From Eledone cirrhosa (taxonomy: Eukaryota): a stretch of DNA of 64,000 bases. The first letter of the stretch is position 1. Each line of letters starts with the position of its first letter. The stretch is from NCBI GenBank assembly GCA_964016885.1, contig OZ024742.1:154566001-154630000 (forward strand), in the 5' to 3' direction. The notes beneath the pieces are model-generated. The model was not told where the DNA came from, ran no database searches, and saw only the letters and a list, made by a program, of their open reading frames with translations. This document shows positions 14,901 through 27,447 of the stretch, in pieces. A program made the translations under genes and the position numbers.

Positions 14901-17900
14901 CTTCCAGTAACCAGGCCCTTGTCTATGAAGGTGGTCTGTGTAGTCGACTATTTTAAATTGTGTACAACTTATACTAGCCTTATCTAGTTCCCTGCAGAAT
15001 ACACTATCTGGATACAATCTGGATGACCCGATGCGGTTTGTCCATGTCCACATTGGCATATTCGGGTGATCCAGTCGATACCTGTCAAACAGTTCAAAAC
15101 GTCTGAGCAGGTTGGTGAGGCTCTTGCACCCTCCTCCCCTATCCACTAGCCCCACACGATCCCAGCGTGCATCCAAGATACCGTTCCAGTCGCCCACTAA
15201 CACTAAAGAGCGGGACGATCCAAGAAAGGTCTCTAGACGTCTGAAGAAATCTGGCCGTCCTGCCCCTGTTGGGGCGTAAACGGCTACTAGCCTGAAAGCA
15301 TTGCCTTCGCTGCCGGTCACGTCCAGCACCACCAACTTACCTTCTGGGTCCAGGAAGATGGCCCGTATCGCGAGATCCAAGCCTCTCCGAAAAAGGACGG
15401 CAACCCCTCCCCCCGATCCTGGACGGCGGGGAGATGCGTATACATCGTAGCCGCCGAAGATCGGTGCGAAGGCCCGTGCCTCGGAGATTCTGGTTTCAAT
15501 GATGGCCACCACATCTATGTTTAGTGCACTGAGGTCATTGAGCAGGTGACCCTGCTTCCAAGATGACCCCAGGCCACGTGCATTTATACTGCCTATTCTG
15601 AGTACAGCCATGTTGGATGAGAAACGGGGCAAATAAGAAAGGGTCACTTACCTTGTTCGTGTGGTGAAGGGACAATAGAACCGTCCCTTTCGCTGGTCAT
15701 AGGTGTTTCCAAGAGGATGTCAGTGTATATCCTCTTGGCAACCGTCCCTCTGAAGTCTCCAACTGCGTTGGGGAATGTTTGTTTTAAAGGTTTGTATTCT
15801 TCTATTGAGATTTCGATGATGCTTATGTTTGTCGGGAGAGTTCTTAGTGTTGGTGGGGTGTAGTAGTTTTTTCCGTGATGTCTGTGTGCTGCTTTATATA
15901 TTTTATGAGTTCTTTTTTTGCTACGTTTATGGCTGTGTACTTTTTGGGGGGAGGGGTGATTTTGTTGCCATTTTCTTCTTGTTGCTGTTTTGTGTGTGTG
16001 TCTTGTTGTGTTTGCGTTGTTGGTGTTTGTGGTGGTGTTGCTGCAAGTTTCCTTGCTGCCTTTACCCCCTCTTTGTATGCCTTCGCTTTTGGAGGGTGAA
16101 TCTAAGGGTTTTGTCGTTTTTGTTTTTTGTGGCAGACTGTTTGCCACGTCACTCCCACCTCAAACTCCATGTCGGATTCTGTGGCGTCTGGGAGGGTATG
16201 TACTCCACGGCTGTTGGTGGTGGTAGTGGAGCCTTCTTCGGAAATGTTGTTGCTGGTGTAGCTATTTTAAATGTAGCCATTGGTGTTGCCGCTACAGATG
16301 ATGCTGCTTTAGTTATCCGTGGTTGGTACGGGTGCTACGGACGGTGCCCTCCTACTCACCGTGGAAGGGGCTTCTTCGTTTGTTGCCTGTCCTGCTCTTG
16401 GTAGCAGCGGACCAGGTTTTGGAAGGAGAGGGGCCCTCTTCGGTGTCTTCTGCGGGCAAAAGGCCCTCAGGTGACCTTTTCGACCCACAGAGATAACATT
16501 TTGGCCGTCTTCCTTCTACACTTATAGGGAGTTGGAGTGCTTTCTCAAAGTCTATGATATCGGGGATAGCCTCGATACATTCCTGGTCAGTTTGTATAAG
16601 TATTTGCATGCCTATACCTGACCAGTCCTCTCTCCCTATTTTTCTACTTGCAGCATTGTCGCCCTGTTCTCAATTCCAGCAAGGTCAGACGCAGCCAGCC
16701 AAGGTATGGGCACTTCGGGTGGGACATGGGTCACTTTGACCCTCACAATGTTCTGCCCGCAGTAGGAGGGCACCAAGACTAACTCCTCACACTTTAGGGT
16801 TTCCAAAGAATGAGACTTTGCTTCCTGGGGGTGGCGAAAATTACGTCTACTGTGGCGTACTTTCTGCCTCGGGTTATGTGGGTTTTGCGTGCCCAGACGC
16901 ACCCCAAGGCCTTTTGGATTTGAGCCTCCGTGGCTCTCTCCACTCGATGTGAGATTTTGCTTACGGTGCGGTAAGTCACGGTTCGTAGATGCTGGTCCTT
17001 GAAAAAATCGGGTGGAGGTTTCAGGGAAACATCTATTTGAGCTTCTTGTCACCACGGCCCTTGTGACTGCCATCTCCTCCTCTGTCACTAACATTGTCTC
17101 GATATTTCGGGCAACACCTGCAAAAGAAGTGGTCCTTTTTTCAGCAGCACCACTATTGCTGCCGCTACTGGTCTTACTGGTGGTGCTGGGGTCGCTATTA
17201 CAGGTATTGGTGTCATTGTTGTTCTTTTCGCTGGTACAGTTGTTGGTGTTGTTTTCGTTGATACTGTTGCTGCTGTTACTGTTATTGTGGCTGTTGTTAT
17301 TATTGTTGTTTTTATTGGTATTGTTCCTACTATTATTGTTGTTGTGGCTGTTGTTATTGTCATTGTTATTGTCGTTCTCGACCTTACGGCTGTTATTTTT
17401 GTTATTGTCCTTCTCGACCTTACCGCTGTTATTTTTGTTATTTTCGTTCTCAACTTTACCGCTGTTATTTTTGGTGTTGTTGTTGGTGATGTTGTTGGTG
17501 TTATTGTTGGTGTTGTTTGTGTTAGAAATATTTGTTAATTTTAAATCTGTAACAATCTTTTTTTCCTTTGTAATATTTTCTTTTATATTTACCTCCGCTG
17601 GAACGCTGTCTTGTTGACATGCTGATAAAGTCTCCCTCTCTCTGTGTTGTCTGACAGCGCTCTCTCTCTTTTTTATGTTATCCATGTTGAAATTTTTCAA
17701 AAAATATTTTTACACAAATACGAATACGAATACGACACCCCGTAAAGGGGTGCCGTATTATTTACTAGTGAACCCCTGTATTAGGTGGGTCACTTCTTCT
17801 AAACTTTTGTCAAATTTAAACCTTGAATACAATGTTTAGAACGGTTGACAAAGAGGTAAAACGTTGAAAAAGACTGGAGGGGATAAGAAGCGTGGCTTCA

Positions 17901-17907
17901 CCAACCA
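11941..17907 (-). mobile_element. Near full-length Tx1/L1-clade non-LTR retrotransposon, frameshifted
   Basis: ORF1 pieces at 17700-15644 include a zinc knuckle (CYLCGSK, frameshifted). APE at 15647-14541 (SINARGL, VAVYAP, GDWN, TDH). RT at 14486-13160 (KSPGLDG, RPITLLNAEFKI, RQGCPLS, YADD). C-terminal CPRC..ETVVHALVQC at 13144-12407. (TAA)n at both ends. Confidence 0.92.
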
Positions 17908-17994
17908 ATAATAATAATAATAATAATAATAATAACCCCATAGATTCACCGATCAAACAAAAATACAGTCTATTCAACAAAACTCAGTAACGAC

Positions 17995-18550
17995 AAGCCA
18001 TCACTACCGTCACCGCCGCCGCCGCCCATCCATCATTACTACCACTATCCCATCACCGCCGCCACCACTCCTTCATTGCTACCACCGCTATCCTCCCATT
18101 ACCTTCTGTTAACTTACGAAAGGGGAAGGTGGCGGTATCACTAGACAATATTAATAAACAAGATTAATATTTAATTTTGGATCAGGAATGTTAGAGTCGA
18201 AAAGGATAAAAATTACAAAATGACTAAATAACTCAAGATAATTTCACCACTAACACGATGAAAACTCTGGTCAAGTCGACTCAACCGCTATATCTACTCC
18301 AACTTCAACACCATCACTACAGTACTACGATCACATCACCACCACCACTGCTTCATTATCGCTAACGCCGCTATTCTCACCCACTACCTCCTGCTAGTTG
18401 CTGCTAGCACAGCACAACCACCACCACCACTGCCTCATTATCACTACCGCCGCTAGTTGCTGCTGGCACAGCACCGCCACCGCCACCACCACCACCACCA
18501 CTGCCTCATTATCACTACCGCCGCTATTCTCTCCCGCTACCCCCTACTAC
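17995..18550 (+). repeat. ACC/GCC-rich low-complexity region with three degenerate copies of a roughly 45-55 bp unit
   Basis: CCACCACT.C.TCATT..C.C.ACCGCTAT.CTC.C...TACC recurs near 18062, 18343 and 18496. Confidence 0.55.
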
Positions 18551-18844
18551 ATCGTAGTGCCCCCACTAAAAGAGGAAGGCATCAAAATATATAAATAGAC
18601 TGAATTGATGACCCGGTCAAAATCAAAAAAACAAAAATCAAAGCAGCACAGCAACAACGAAAATCGTAAAGAAAAGAAAAAAGAAGAGGAAAACAAACAG
18701 ACGGACATAGAAGGGAAGGGAAAAACTAAGTCAGACATTCAAACATTACATTACAATGAAACTTATGCTTATTCATTTTTGTTTGTTTTACTTTTTGCCT
18801 GTCTTTTTTGTTTGTTTATTTATGTTCGTCTACAGCGTGATAAT

Positions 18845-21800
18845 GCCACACAAAAATCTCGTGGAGTGACGAAATCACCGAGGTGATGAAATCACCGGTG
18901 GTTATGTAACCATACATTCGCCAATCCTCGATAAGAGTGTTTAAATGTCGAACCTAAACAGTTCGAATAACGGTGAAAAGGAGACTAGAATGTCATGTGA
19001 CAGACTCTCACCCAACAGGTGCTCCCTGGCTCAGCAGCAGGGACCTGGCTGTCAACCAAATACTGCTGGTGTCGGAGGAAGAAGAAGAAGAAGGAAAGGG
19101 ACCAGAACCAAAACTGTACGAAAGATTTGAATAGAACTGTTATGCAATGTTACCTGAAGAGTAACCCCAAGGAGAAAGGCTATAGGAAACGGATGCATAA
19201 CAGCTGGAACGAGATTGGTCTATTTAAATTTGATGAACAAAAATTGGCCGGGCAGGCTCTGGTAATAAGAACTAATGGGTGGATAAGCGAGCTGGAACTG
19301 GAGGAACTGAGCAGAGAGATTAACTTGGAGATGGAGAGTGGAGTATGCCAGGCAGACGAGCCAGTGGGAAATAAGGTGAAAAGGTCGAGAGAACGGAGGA
19401 ACCACCCGAAGCAGACAATGATCTGAATGCTGAGATAAATAATACCTGGAACAGAGATACGGCCATTGAGGAGATGAAAGCTGACGGGCTGGGACAAGAT
19501 TTGGTTGATATCCTAAACTTAGTGGTAGATGAATTGAACAATGATAGTGGGAGACCTATGAACCTAAGATTTGTAGACAGGAAAAAGTTAAAAGAAACAA
19601 CTGCTAAGGTAAACAAAGTCATCCCATACCTTGAGGCGAGGAGCCTTCACCAGTGCAACAATATCCTCAAACCAACAGCAGATACGGTGAGGAAACTACT
19701 TGGTATAAAAGCGAGAGGAAACAACAGACAAGAAAGAGCAGAGCCTTGGTGGAAGAAACGACTGAGTGGTCAAATCAGGGAAATGAGATATGACATTGGA
19801 AAGCTTGAGTTCCTACTGAATGGGACACTAAAAAAACATAGACACTAAAAATAGACTGGAAATAAAGTACAAAACTAGGAGGAAAAAGCTAAACATGATC
19901 ATAGAGGAACTGAAGCAACGCATTGTAGCAAAGAGTGCAAAAATCAGGCGAGAACGAGAACAGAGTCAGTCAGTATAGACAGAACCGCATGTTCGACAAC
20001 AACCAGAAGATGCTGTTTGGACAGCTTAAAGGGAAAGAAAGAGACATCGACTTGATCCCTGAGGCGGAACAAACTAAAACATTCTGGAGAGGAATATGGG
20101 ATCAGGATGTTAAACATAATGACCAGGCAGTGTGGATTGAGACAGTACAGAGGGAGATTAGTGAACAGGCACACCAACAAACTGATTTGAGTATGACAGT
20201 TGAAACTCTTAAGGGGCAGGCCAAAAATCTAACCAACTGGAGATCACCAGGCCCAGATGGTGTGCAGGGGTATTGGATTAAAAAATATAACATCCCTCCA
20301 CCCGAAACTGACAACCATGTTCAATGACTGCTTGATGTCAGGTGAGGTACCAGAGTGGTTGACAAAAGGTACCCCAGTTCTGTTAATGAAAGACCGAATC
20401 AAGAGTAATGATGTTACCAACTATAGACCTATCACATGTCTGTCCGTAATGTGGAAACTGTTGACAAGCATTATGTCTGAGGAGATCTACCATCACCTCC
20501 ACACAAACAACTTGTTACTGGACGAACAAAAAGGATGCCGAAAGAAGTCACGTGGTACAACGGACCAGTTACTTTTTGATAAGATAGTAATGGGGAATTG
20601 CAAGAGTAGACACACTGGTCTTGCCATGGGATGGATAGACTACAAAAAGACATTTGACATGGTGCCTTATTCTTGGATCACCAAAAGCCTTGAGATCTTC
20701 AAGGTGGCAGATAACATCAGACAGTTGTTGGGCAAAAGTATGAAGTCCTGGGAAACAGAGTTAACATCAACTGGAGAATCCTTGGGAAGCGTGAAGATCA
20801 AGAGACGTATCTTCCAGGGAGATAGTCTGTCCCCTCTGTCGTTTCTCCTTGCCCTGATGCCCCTGACCAGTGTACTGCGAAAGGTGAGAGCAGGATACAG
20901 GTTGGGAAGGGGAGGGCTTACCATCAATCACCTCCTCTTCATGGACGATCTTAAGCTATTCGGGAAGAGTGAGAAGGAGTTCGATGTGCTTGTTGACACT
21001 GTCCGTATTTTCACCAATGATATATGTATGCAATTTGGTATTAGTAAGTGTGGAGTCATTGTGATGAAGAAGGGTAAGTTGAGCAGAAATAACGGAATCC
21101 AGGTACCGACGGGTGAGATGATAAAGGACATTGACTCTGAAGAAGGATACAAGTATTTGGGCGTTCTGGAGGCTGATGACATCAATAAGAAAAAAATGAA
21201 GGAATTGATAAGAACTGAGTATATTCGGAGAGTTAGGAGCGTATTAAAGTCACATCTGAACAGTAGGAATGCCATAATTGCAGTAAATTCCCGAGCTGTG
21301 TTTATTATTAGGTACAGTGCGGGAATTCTGAGATGGAATGTTGCTGAACAGAAAGATATGGATAGGAAGACTAGGAAGCTATTGACTATCTACAACATGT
21401 TCCACAAGAGGAGTAATGTCGATAGACTCTACTTAAGGAGATCTGAAGGTGGAAGAGGTCTTATCAGCATAGAGGACTGTGTTCAGATGGAGAAAAACAA
21501 CCTACACAAATACGTGACTGATACTAAGGAGCCAATGCTCAGAACTGTACTGAAGGAGGGGACAATAGGCCAGGGAATGTCCAAGGAGGAAATAACATTA
21601 AGGAGAGAGAGCAGCCCTCAGGAAAAATCCCTTCATAGTACCTTCTTTGAGAAAACTGAATTTAGAGATCCACAGACATAGAAATGGTTGAAAAGAGGAG
21701 ACCTTAAAAAGGCTACAGAAGGAATGTTAATGGCTGCGCAGGAGCAGGCCCTCAAAACGAAGTGGTTGAAACACCATATTTACAAGGAGGAGGCTAGCCC

Positions 21801-22455
21801 ACTGTGCAGGATCGGTGGACAGAGAGAGGAGACTGTGGCTCACATTGTATCCGAGTGTAAACACCTAACCCAGACTCACTATAAGGGCTGGAGACATGAT
21901 GTGATGGGCAGGGTGAACCACTGGCACCTATGCAAAGTAAACAATTTACCACACTCTGAGAAGTGGTATGAGCATAAGGCAGAGGCGGTGATAGAAAACG
22001 ATCACGTGAAGGTGCTGTGGGATTTTAGGATACAGACGGACAAGAAACTGGAACACAATAGACCTGACCTGGTGGTTGTGGGCAAAGACAAAAAATCGTG
22101 CCTGATTGTGGATGTGGCCTGCCCATTTGACACGAGAGTGCAAGAGAAGGAGAGGGAGAAAATTAACCGATACCAGGACTTAAAGTGGGAGGTAAAAAGG
22201 ATTTGGAACTGCCATGAAGTCAAAGTGATCCCGATTGTCATAGGCGCACTAGGGACTATCTCAAAAAGTTTCCAGGGATGGTTAAAGAAAACTGGCCCCT
22301 TCACGCTTTTTGGAACACTTCAAAAGGCATGCTTGCTGGGAACAGCAAGAACCCTCCGATACGTCCTGAATATCTGAGGCTGCAGGTAGTGGCTTGATAT
22401 TCATTTCAACAAACTTTCGAGTTAACTAACATCAATGACTGAGACTCAAAGAGTA
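18845..22455 (+). mobile_element. Near full-length R4/Dong-clade non-LTR retrotransposon (RT + restriction-like endonuclease), with stops and frameshifts
   Basis: Frames at 18945-22377 contain SPGPDG, YRPITCL, IFQGDSLSPL, HLLFMDDLKL, RLYL.R..GGRGL, CRI...ETVAHIVSEC, RHD, NRPD...DVACP and EKINRYQDL. (TAA)n tail. Confidence 0.93.
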
Positions 22456-22481
22456 ATAACAACAATAATAATAATAATAAT

Positions 22482-22868
22482 GATTTCTTTATTAACCACA
22501 AGGGTTTCCATAAAGTAGACATTAAGGAGAGTGCAGGACAATACAGGACGGTACCAATGGGTATTGTTTCGTGTAAAAAACTAAAACAGAGGATGTAACA
22601 AAAAATAACAACGAAAAATTCCCCAGTAGGGGGGAGACTTCGGAGGGACATTTGTGGAGAAAGCCCAGTAAAAAACCACAGTGACCCTGACCACCAAGGC
22701 AAGTGCCCTCACCCAGTTTTCCACCTTTAATTTGCAGATACATACTCAGAGTAGGCCCATTCACTCGGGCCACTCTTGCTTCTCTCACCCATCTCTCAAC
22801 AAAATGCTGGGAAGAGAGGACTTCCCTCTCTACTCTGATTTTCCTTTTCAAATGAAATTTGAAAACGT
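22482..22868 (-). mobile_element. 5'-truncated Tx1/L1-clade 3' fragment (diverged relative of 11941-12360)
   Basis: Minus strand encodes FKFHLKRKIRVER..LS...FVERWV..AR, as at 12225-12422. Same 3' end (GATTTCTTTATT..CCACA.GGG) and (TAA)n on both sides. Confidence 0.85.
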
Positions 22869-22869
22869 C

Positions 22870-22919
<50 letters not shown>

Positions 22920-22952
22920 TAAGAAGAAGAAGAAGAATAAGAAGAAGAAGAA

Positions 22953-22983
<31 letters not shown>

Positions 22984-23230
22984 AAGAAGAAGAAGAAGGA
23001 GAGGAAGATGATGAAGAAGAAGAAGAAGAAGAAGAAGAAGAAGAAGAAGAAGAAGAAGAAGAAGAAGAAGAAAAAGAAGAAGAAGAAGAAGAAGAAGAAG
23101 AAGAAGAAGAAGAAGAAGAAGAAGAAGAAGAAGAAGAAGAAGAAGAAGAAGAAAAAGAAGAAGAACAACAACAACAACAAAAACAACGACGATGACGACG
23201 ACGACGACAACAACGACAACAACAAAAAAC
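22869..23230 (+). repeat. Compound microsatellite (TAA)n-(GAA)n-(CAA)n-(GAC)n
   Basis: Read directly from the sequence. Confidence 0.95.
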
Positions 23231-23579
23231 ATTGGCATGAACAACCATAAACAACAACAAAACTGCAGCAGCAACAGCCACATGAATATTAGTAATTAGA
23301 ACATTGGATTGGAATCGATCGTTTAGTTCTGCAGTTGCAGAAGAATGCTAAACATGACGAAAGTGGAGATAAGTCCGGAAATTAACGGAATCTCGTTATT
23401 AAAGTACACACGGTTTGGCACATTCGGTTATGCCGATTCTTGAATATAATTCCCTCATCCTCTGCCGCCTCACTTGTAATTAGTAATAATCTACGCTTCT
23501 ATCATACACGTAAACATAAACACAGAAATGAAGAAACACACAGACGGACAGACAACCCACAAACACTCACTCCACACTG

Positions 23580-23582
23580 ACT

Positions 23583-23640
<58 letters not shown>

Positions 23641-23686
23641 TATATATATATATTTATATATGTATGTATATATATATTTATATATC

Positions 23687-23772
<86 letters not shown>

Positions 23773-23805
23773 TATATATACATATATATATCCATATATA
23801 TATAC

Positions 23806-23853
<48 letters not shown>

Positions 23854-23915
23854 GTATATATATATACATATATATATACCTATATATATACATATATAAC
23901 ATATATATATACATA

Positions 23916-23968
<53 letters not shown>

Positions 23969-24076
23969 CTAAATACATATATATATATGTATATATATAT
24001 ACGTATATTTATGTATATATATATAAATACATATATATGTATATATATATACATATATATGTATATATATATATAC

Positions 24077-24118
<42 letters not shown>

Positions 24119-24236
24119 GTATATATATATATACATATATATATATGTATATATGTATATATATATATATATATATAGATACATATATATATATATGTAT
24201 ATATATATACATACATATACATATTTATATATATAC

Positions 24237-24269
<33 letters not shown>

Positions 24270-24276
24270 TATATAC

Positions 24277-24307
<31 letters not shown>

Positions 24308-24313
24308 TATATC

Positions 24314-24345
<32 letters not shown>

Positions 24346-24470
24346 TATATCTATATATATATACATATATATGTATATATATACATATATATATATGTAT
24401 ATACATATATATATATATATATATTTATGGTTATGTATATAATAAAACCTTTTATAGTTATATATATATT
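23580..24470. repeat. (CA)n followed by a long degenerate (TA)n tract
   Basis: Read directly from the sequence. Comparable tracts occur at 26610-26870 and 53920-54415. Confidence 0.95.
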
Positions 24471-24573
24471 AAACCCTAAATAGTGAAATACAGTAATTTA
24501 TTACTACCTTATTACCAGTAAGATAAATAGCTCAATGTAATAACATCAGTTGTTTTACAGAGCAGTTATATAG

Positions 24574-24730
<157 letters not shown>

Positions 24731-24809
24731 TACACATATATGTATATATATACATATATACACATATATATATAATATAAGATCAAAAGATGGTTAAAGG
24801 AGTTCCATG

Positions 24810-24880
24810 TATTTTATTATGCGCATTTCAAAAACAAACATCATCATGCAATAATATTTGTGTTTTCATCAGATAAAACA
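24810..24880 (-). ncRNA. Type I hammerhead ribozyme motif
   Basis: Minus strand reads TGTTTTAT-[CTGATGA]-stem II-[GAAA]-TGCGCA palindrome-[TA]-ATAAAATA. Confidence 0.8.
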
Positions 24881-24990
24881 GGAGAACATGATATGAAGGC
24901 TAAAAAACACTTGTGGATAGTGCAGTTTTATATGTTGATTTAAAATTGCACTATCCACAAGCGTTTTTTAGCCTTCATATCATGTTCTCC

Positions 24991-25061
24991 TGTTTTATCT
25001 GATGAAAACACACATATTATTGCATGATGATGTTTGTTTTTGAAATGCGTATAATAAAATA
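24991..25061 (+). ncRNA. Type I hammerhead ribozyme motif
   Basis: TGTTTTAT-[CTGATGA]-AAACA..TGTTTTT-[GAAA]-TGCGTA-[TA]-ATAAAATA. Confidence 0.8.
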
Positions 25062-25182
25062 CATGGAACTCCTTTAACCATCTTTTGATCTTATATTATG
25101 TATACTCCAGTCCTACAAACTGTAGAGTGCTTCTTATCCGATATCTGCATTGCTTTATTGTACTACAATAAAACTCACCTCC

Positions 25183-25218
<36 letters not shown>

Positions 25219-25234
25219 GAGGTATATATATATA

Positions 25235-26610
25235 ACTTTGAATAACTTTGAAATGTTTTGGCCAGTATTGGCCCAGGCCATGTCTAACTTAATAGCACCA
25301 CCTGGCGAAGTCTTTCAATTCAGGATGTGGGCACCATGGCCCATTCGAGAAGATAATTACTGTTTGCGGAAACATATCCGGGTGTGGGTGGTTTGTCCGG
25401 GATTACTTGGAGGAATTTGTCCAAAGACTTCTTGAATTTTGTGTGGTCAGTTTCTGTTTTGACGTGTCCTGGTGTGATGTTGAAGAGAGCAGGGCCGATT
25501 GAGGTGAAATAATTTTGCCGTATTGTTGTTATGAGTTGCGATTTAGATTTTTGTATGGGACGGATAGCACGGGGCCCAAGCCTTGGGTGTATCTTGAAGG
25601 CGATGCCAACATCATTTGGGCAGTGATGATGGAACATTTTCCACATCATGCAGATAATATAACGCTCACGGCGACGTTGGAGTGAGTAAAGTTTCAGCTT
25701 TTCTAGTCGACCCCAGTAGTCAAGGTCTGACATGCCGTCTATCTTTTTCGTTATTGCCCTTTGAGGAGCTTCAAGTTTCATGATACTTTGTTTCGTGTAG
25801 GGAGACCACAGTGGACAACAGTATTCAAGGTGTGGTCGTGCAAAAGTAGAGAAGAGAAGGATAATGGTGTGGGAATCTCTCGACTGGAAGGTTCTGAGGA
25901 TCCAGGAACACATTCTGCGGGCCATGTCAACTTTGCTGCTTATATGCGTGGCCCAGCTTATGTTCCTGTCCACGGTTAGTCCCAAGTCTCTGATGTTGTT
26001 AGATGCCACGAGAGTTTCCCAGGAGGGAAGGGAGTACGGGAGTTTCAGAGCATCCTCTTTTCCAAAGTGGATCAGTTCGAATTTGTCTTCGTTCAGTAAC
26101 ATGTTGTTCTTTTCCGCCCATTGGGTAACAGCCAGTAGGTCTGACTGAAGGCTTATCCGGTCATCCACGCCATTGATGACCTTTTGGAGCTTGGAATCAT
26201 CAGCGAAAATGTTAATGTTGCTGTGTTTGATGATGTCAGTGATGTCATTAATATAGATGATGAAGAGAAGTGGGCCCAACACAGTGCCTTGTGGGACCCC
26301 ACTACTGACTTTGGCTGGGCTGGATTTGACTCCTTCAACTACAACATGTTGGGTTCTGTTTGACAGGAAGCTCTTGATCCACTGCAGCAGCTTTCCAGTG
26401 ACACCAATATTGGACAGCTTTCTCAGTAGAATGTTATGATCAACCCTGTCATAGGGCTTGCTGAAATCAAGGTAGATAACATCAGTGTTGGAACCCTCTC
26501 CCAAGGCTCTCAAAATGTCATCAAAGTGATGCAGTAGCTGCGTCAGGTAATCCCTTCCATTACGGAATCCATGCTGGTTGGATTTCAGCATATTGTTACT
26601 CTCAAGGAGT
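25235..26610 (-). mobile_element. 5'-truncated CR1/L2-group LINE with an open RT frame
   Basis: 25320-26610 contains QHGFR, YLDFSK.YD.V.H, GVPQGTVLGPLLFIIYIND, FADDSKL, RPHLEYC..W.P and LKLYSLQRRRER. (TA)n on both sides. The N-terminus in the ORF track is microsatellite read-through. Confidence 0.92.
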
Positions 26611-26711
26611 ATATATATATATACATATATATATATATACATATATATATGTATATATACATATATATATACATATATACATATATATATGTATATATAC
26701 ATATATATATA

Positions 26712-26817
<106 letters not shown>

Positions 26818-26871
26818 TATATGTATATATATATATATATATGTATATATATACAATATATATATATAATC

Positions 26872-26945
26872 TGTAGCAGCAAGGGCGGTGCCCCAGCATG
26901 GCCTCAGCCGGATGGCTGAAACAGGTAAATAAGTAAAAGAGTAAT
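26872..26945 (+). mobile_element. 3' tail fragment of a SINE-like interspersed repeat
   Basis: AAGGGCGGTGCCCCAGCATGGCC..AG...TG.CTGAAACA.GTAAA resembles a common octopus SINE 3' end (recalled, not searched). Confidence 0.5.
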
Positions 26946-26962
26946 ATACATATATATATATG

Positions 26963-26994
<32 letters not shown>

Positions 26995-27029
26995 TGTATA
27001 TATATACATATATATAAGTATATATATAC

Positions 27030-27397
27030 TATACATATTGTATAAAGCTATGCTTGAAGCGAAATCCTATTTCTTATATTTCTCACTCACGTCGGACGGT
27101 CTGTACCTTTCGCTCATGAAATCCACCCAGCTTATGCTTACCGGAAAACCATGTTGCTTGTAAATTTTCCTATCTTCGGTTTGCTTTTATCCTTCTATGT
27201 TGTTTACTTGTCCCCCCTCGCCTTACGCGAATTCTGGTCCCCATAACTTTTTTTAGTTATTGCTCGCACTAACCTGAGGTATTTGACTTTTAATGCGATG
27301 AAATAACAATGAAGGTTGAAAAATCACTGATGAAGAACTATTTTTATCATATGTAACCCATGTGCAAACCACGCAGTATTCTTCTTTTCTTCTCATG

Positions 27398-27447
<50 letters not shown>

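Larger units (their letters stand above)
24777..25185. mobile_element. Non-coding palindromic mini-element with an HHR in each arm
   Basis: 24777-24930 and 24941-25094 are near-perfect reverse complements around a loop of about 10 nt. The right arm has an extra tail of about 90 nt. (TA)n on both sides. Confidence 0.85.

Noticed and set aside
12998-17617. Plus-strand ORFs overlapping the Tx1 element (e.g. 15829-16404, 17012-17617) that look like membrane proteins
   Set aside because: Antisense shadows of A/C-rich coding sequence; the hydrophobicity comes from (GTT)n codons.
18770-18836. Polypyrimidine tract + CAG resembling a splice acceptor just before the Dong element
   Set aside because: No supportable exon or donor; T-rich tracts are common here.
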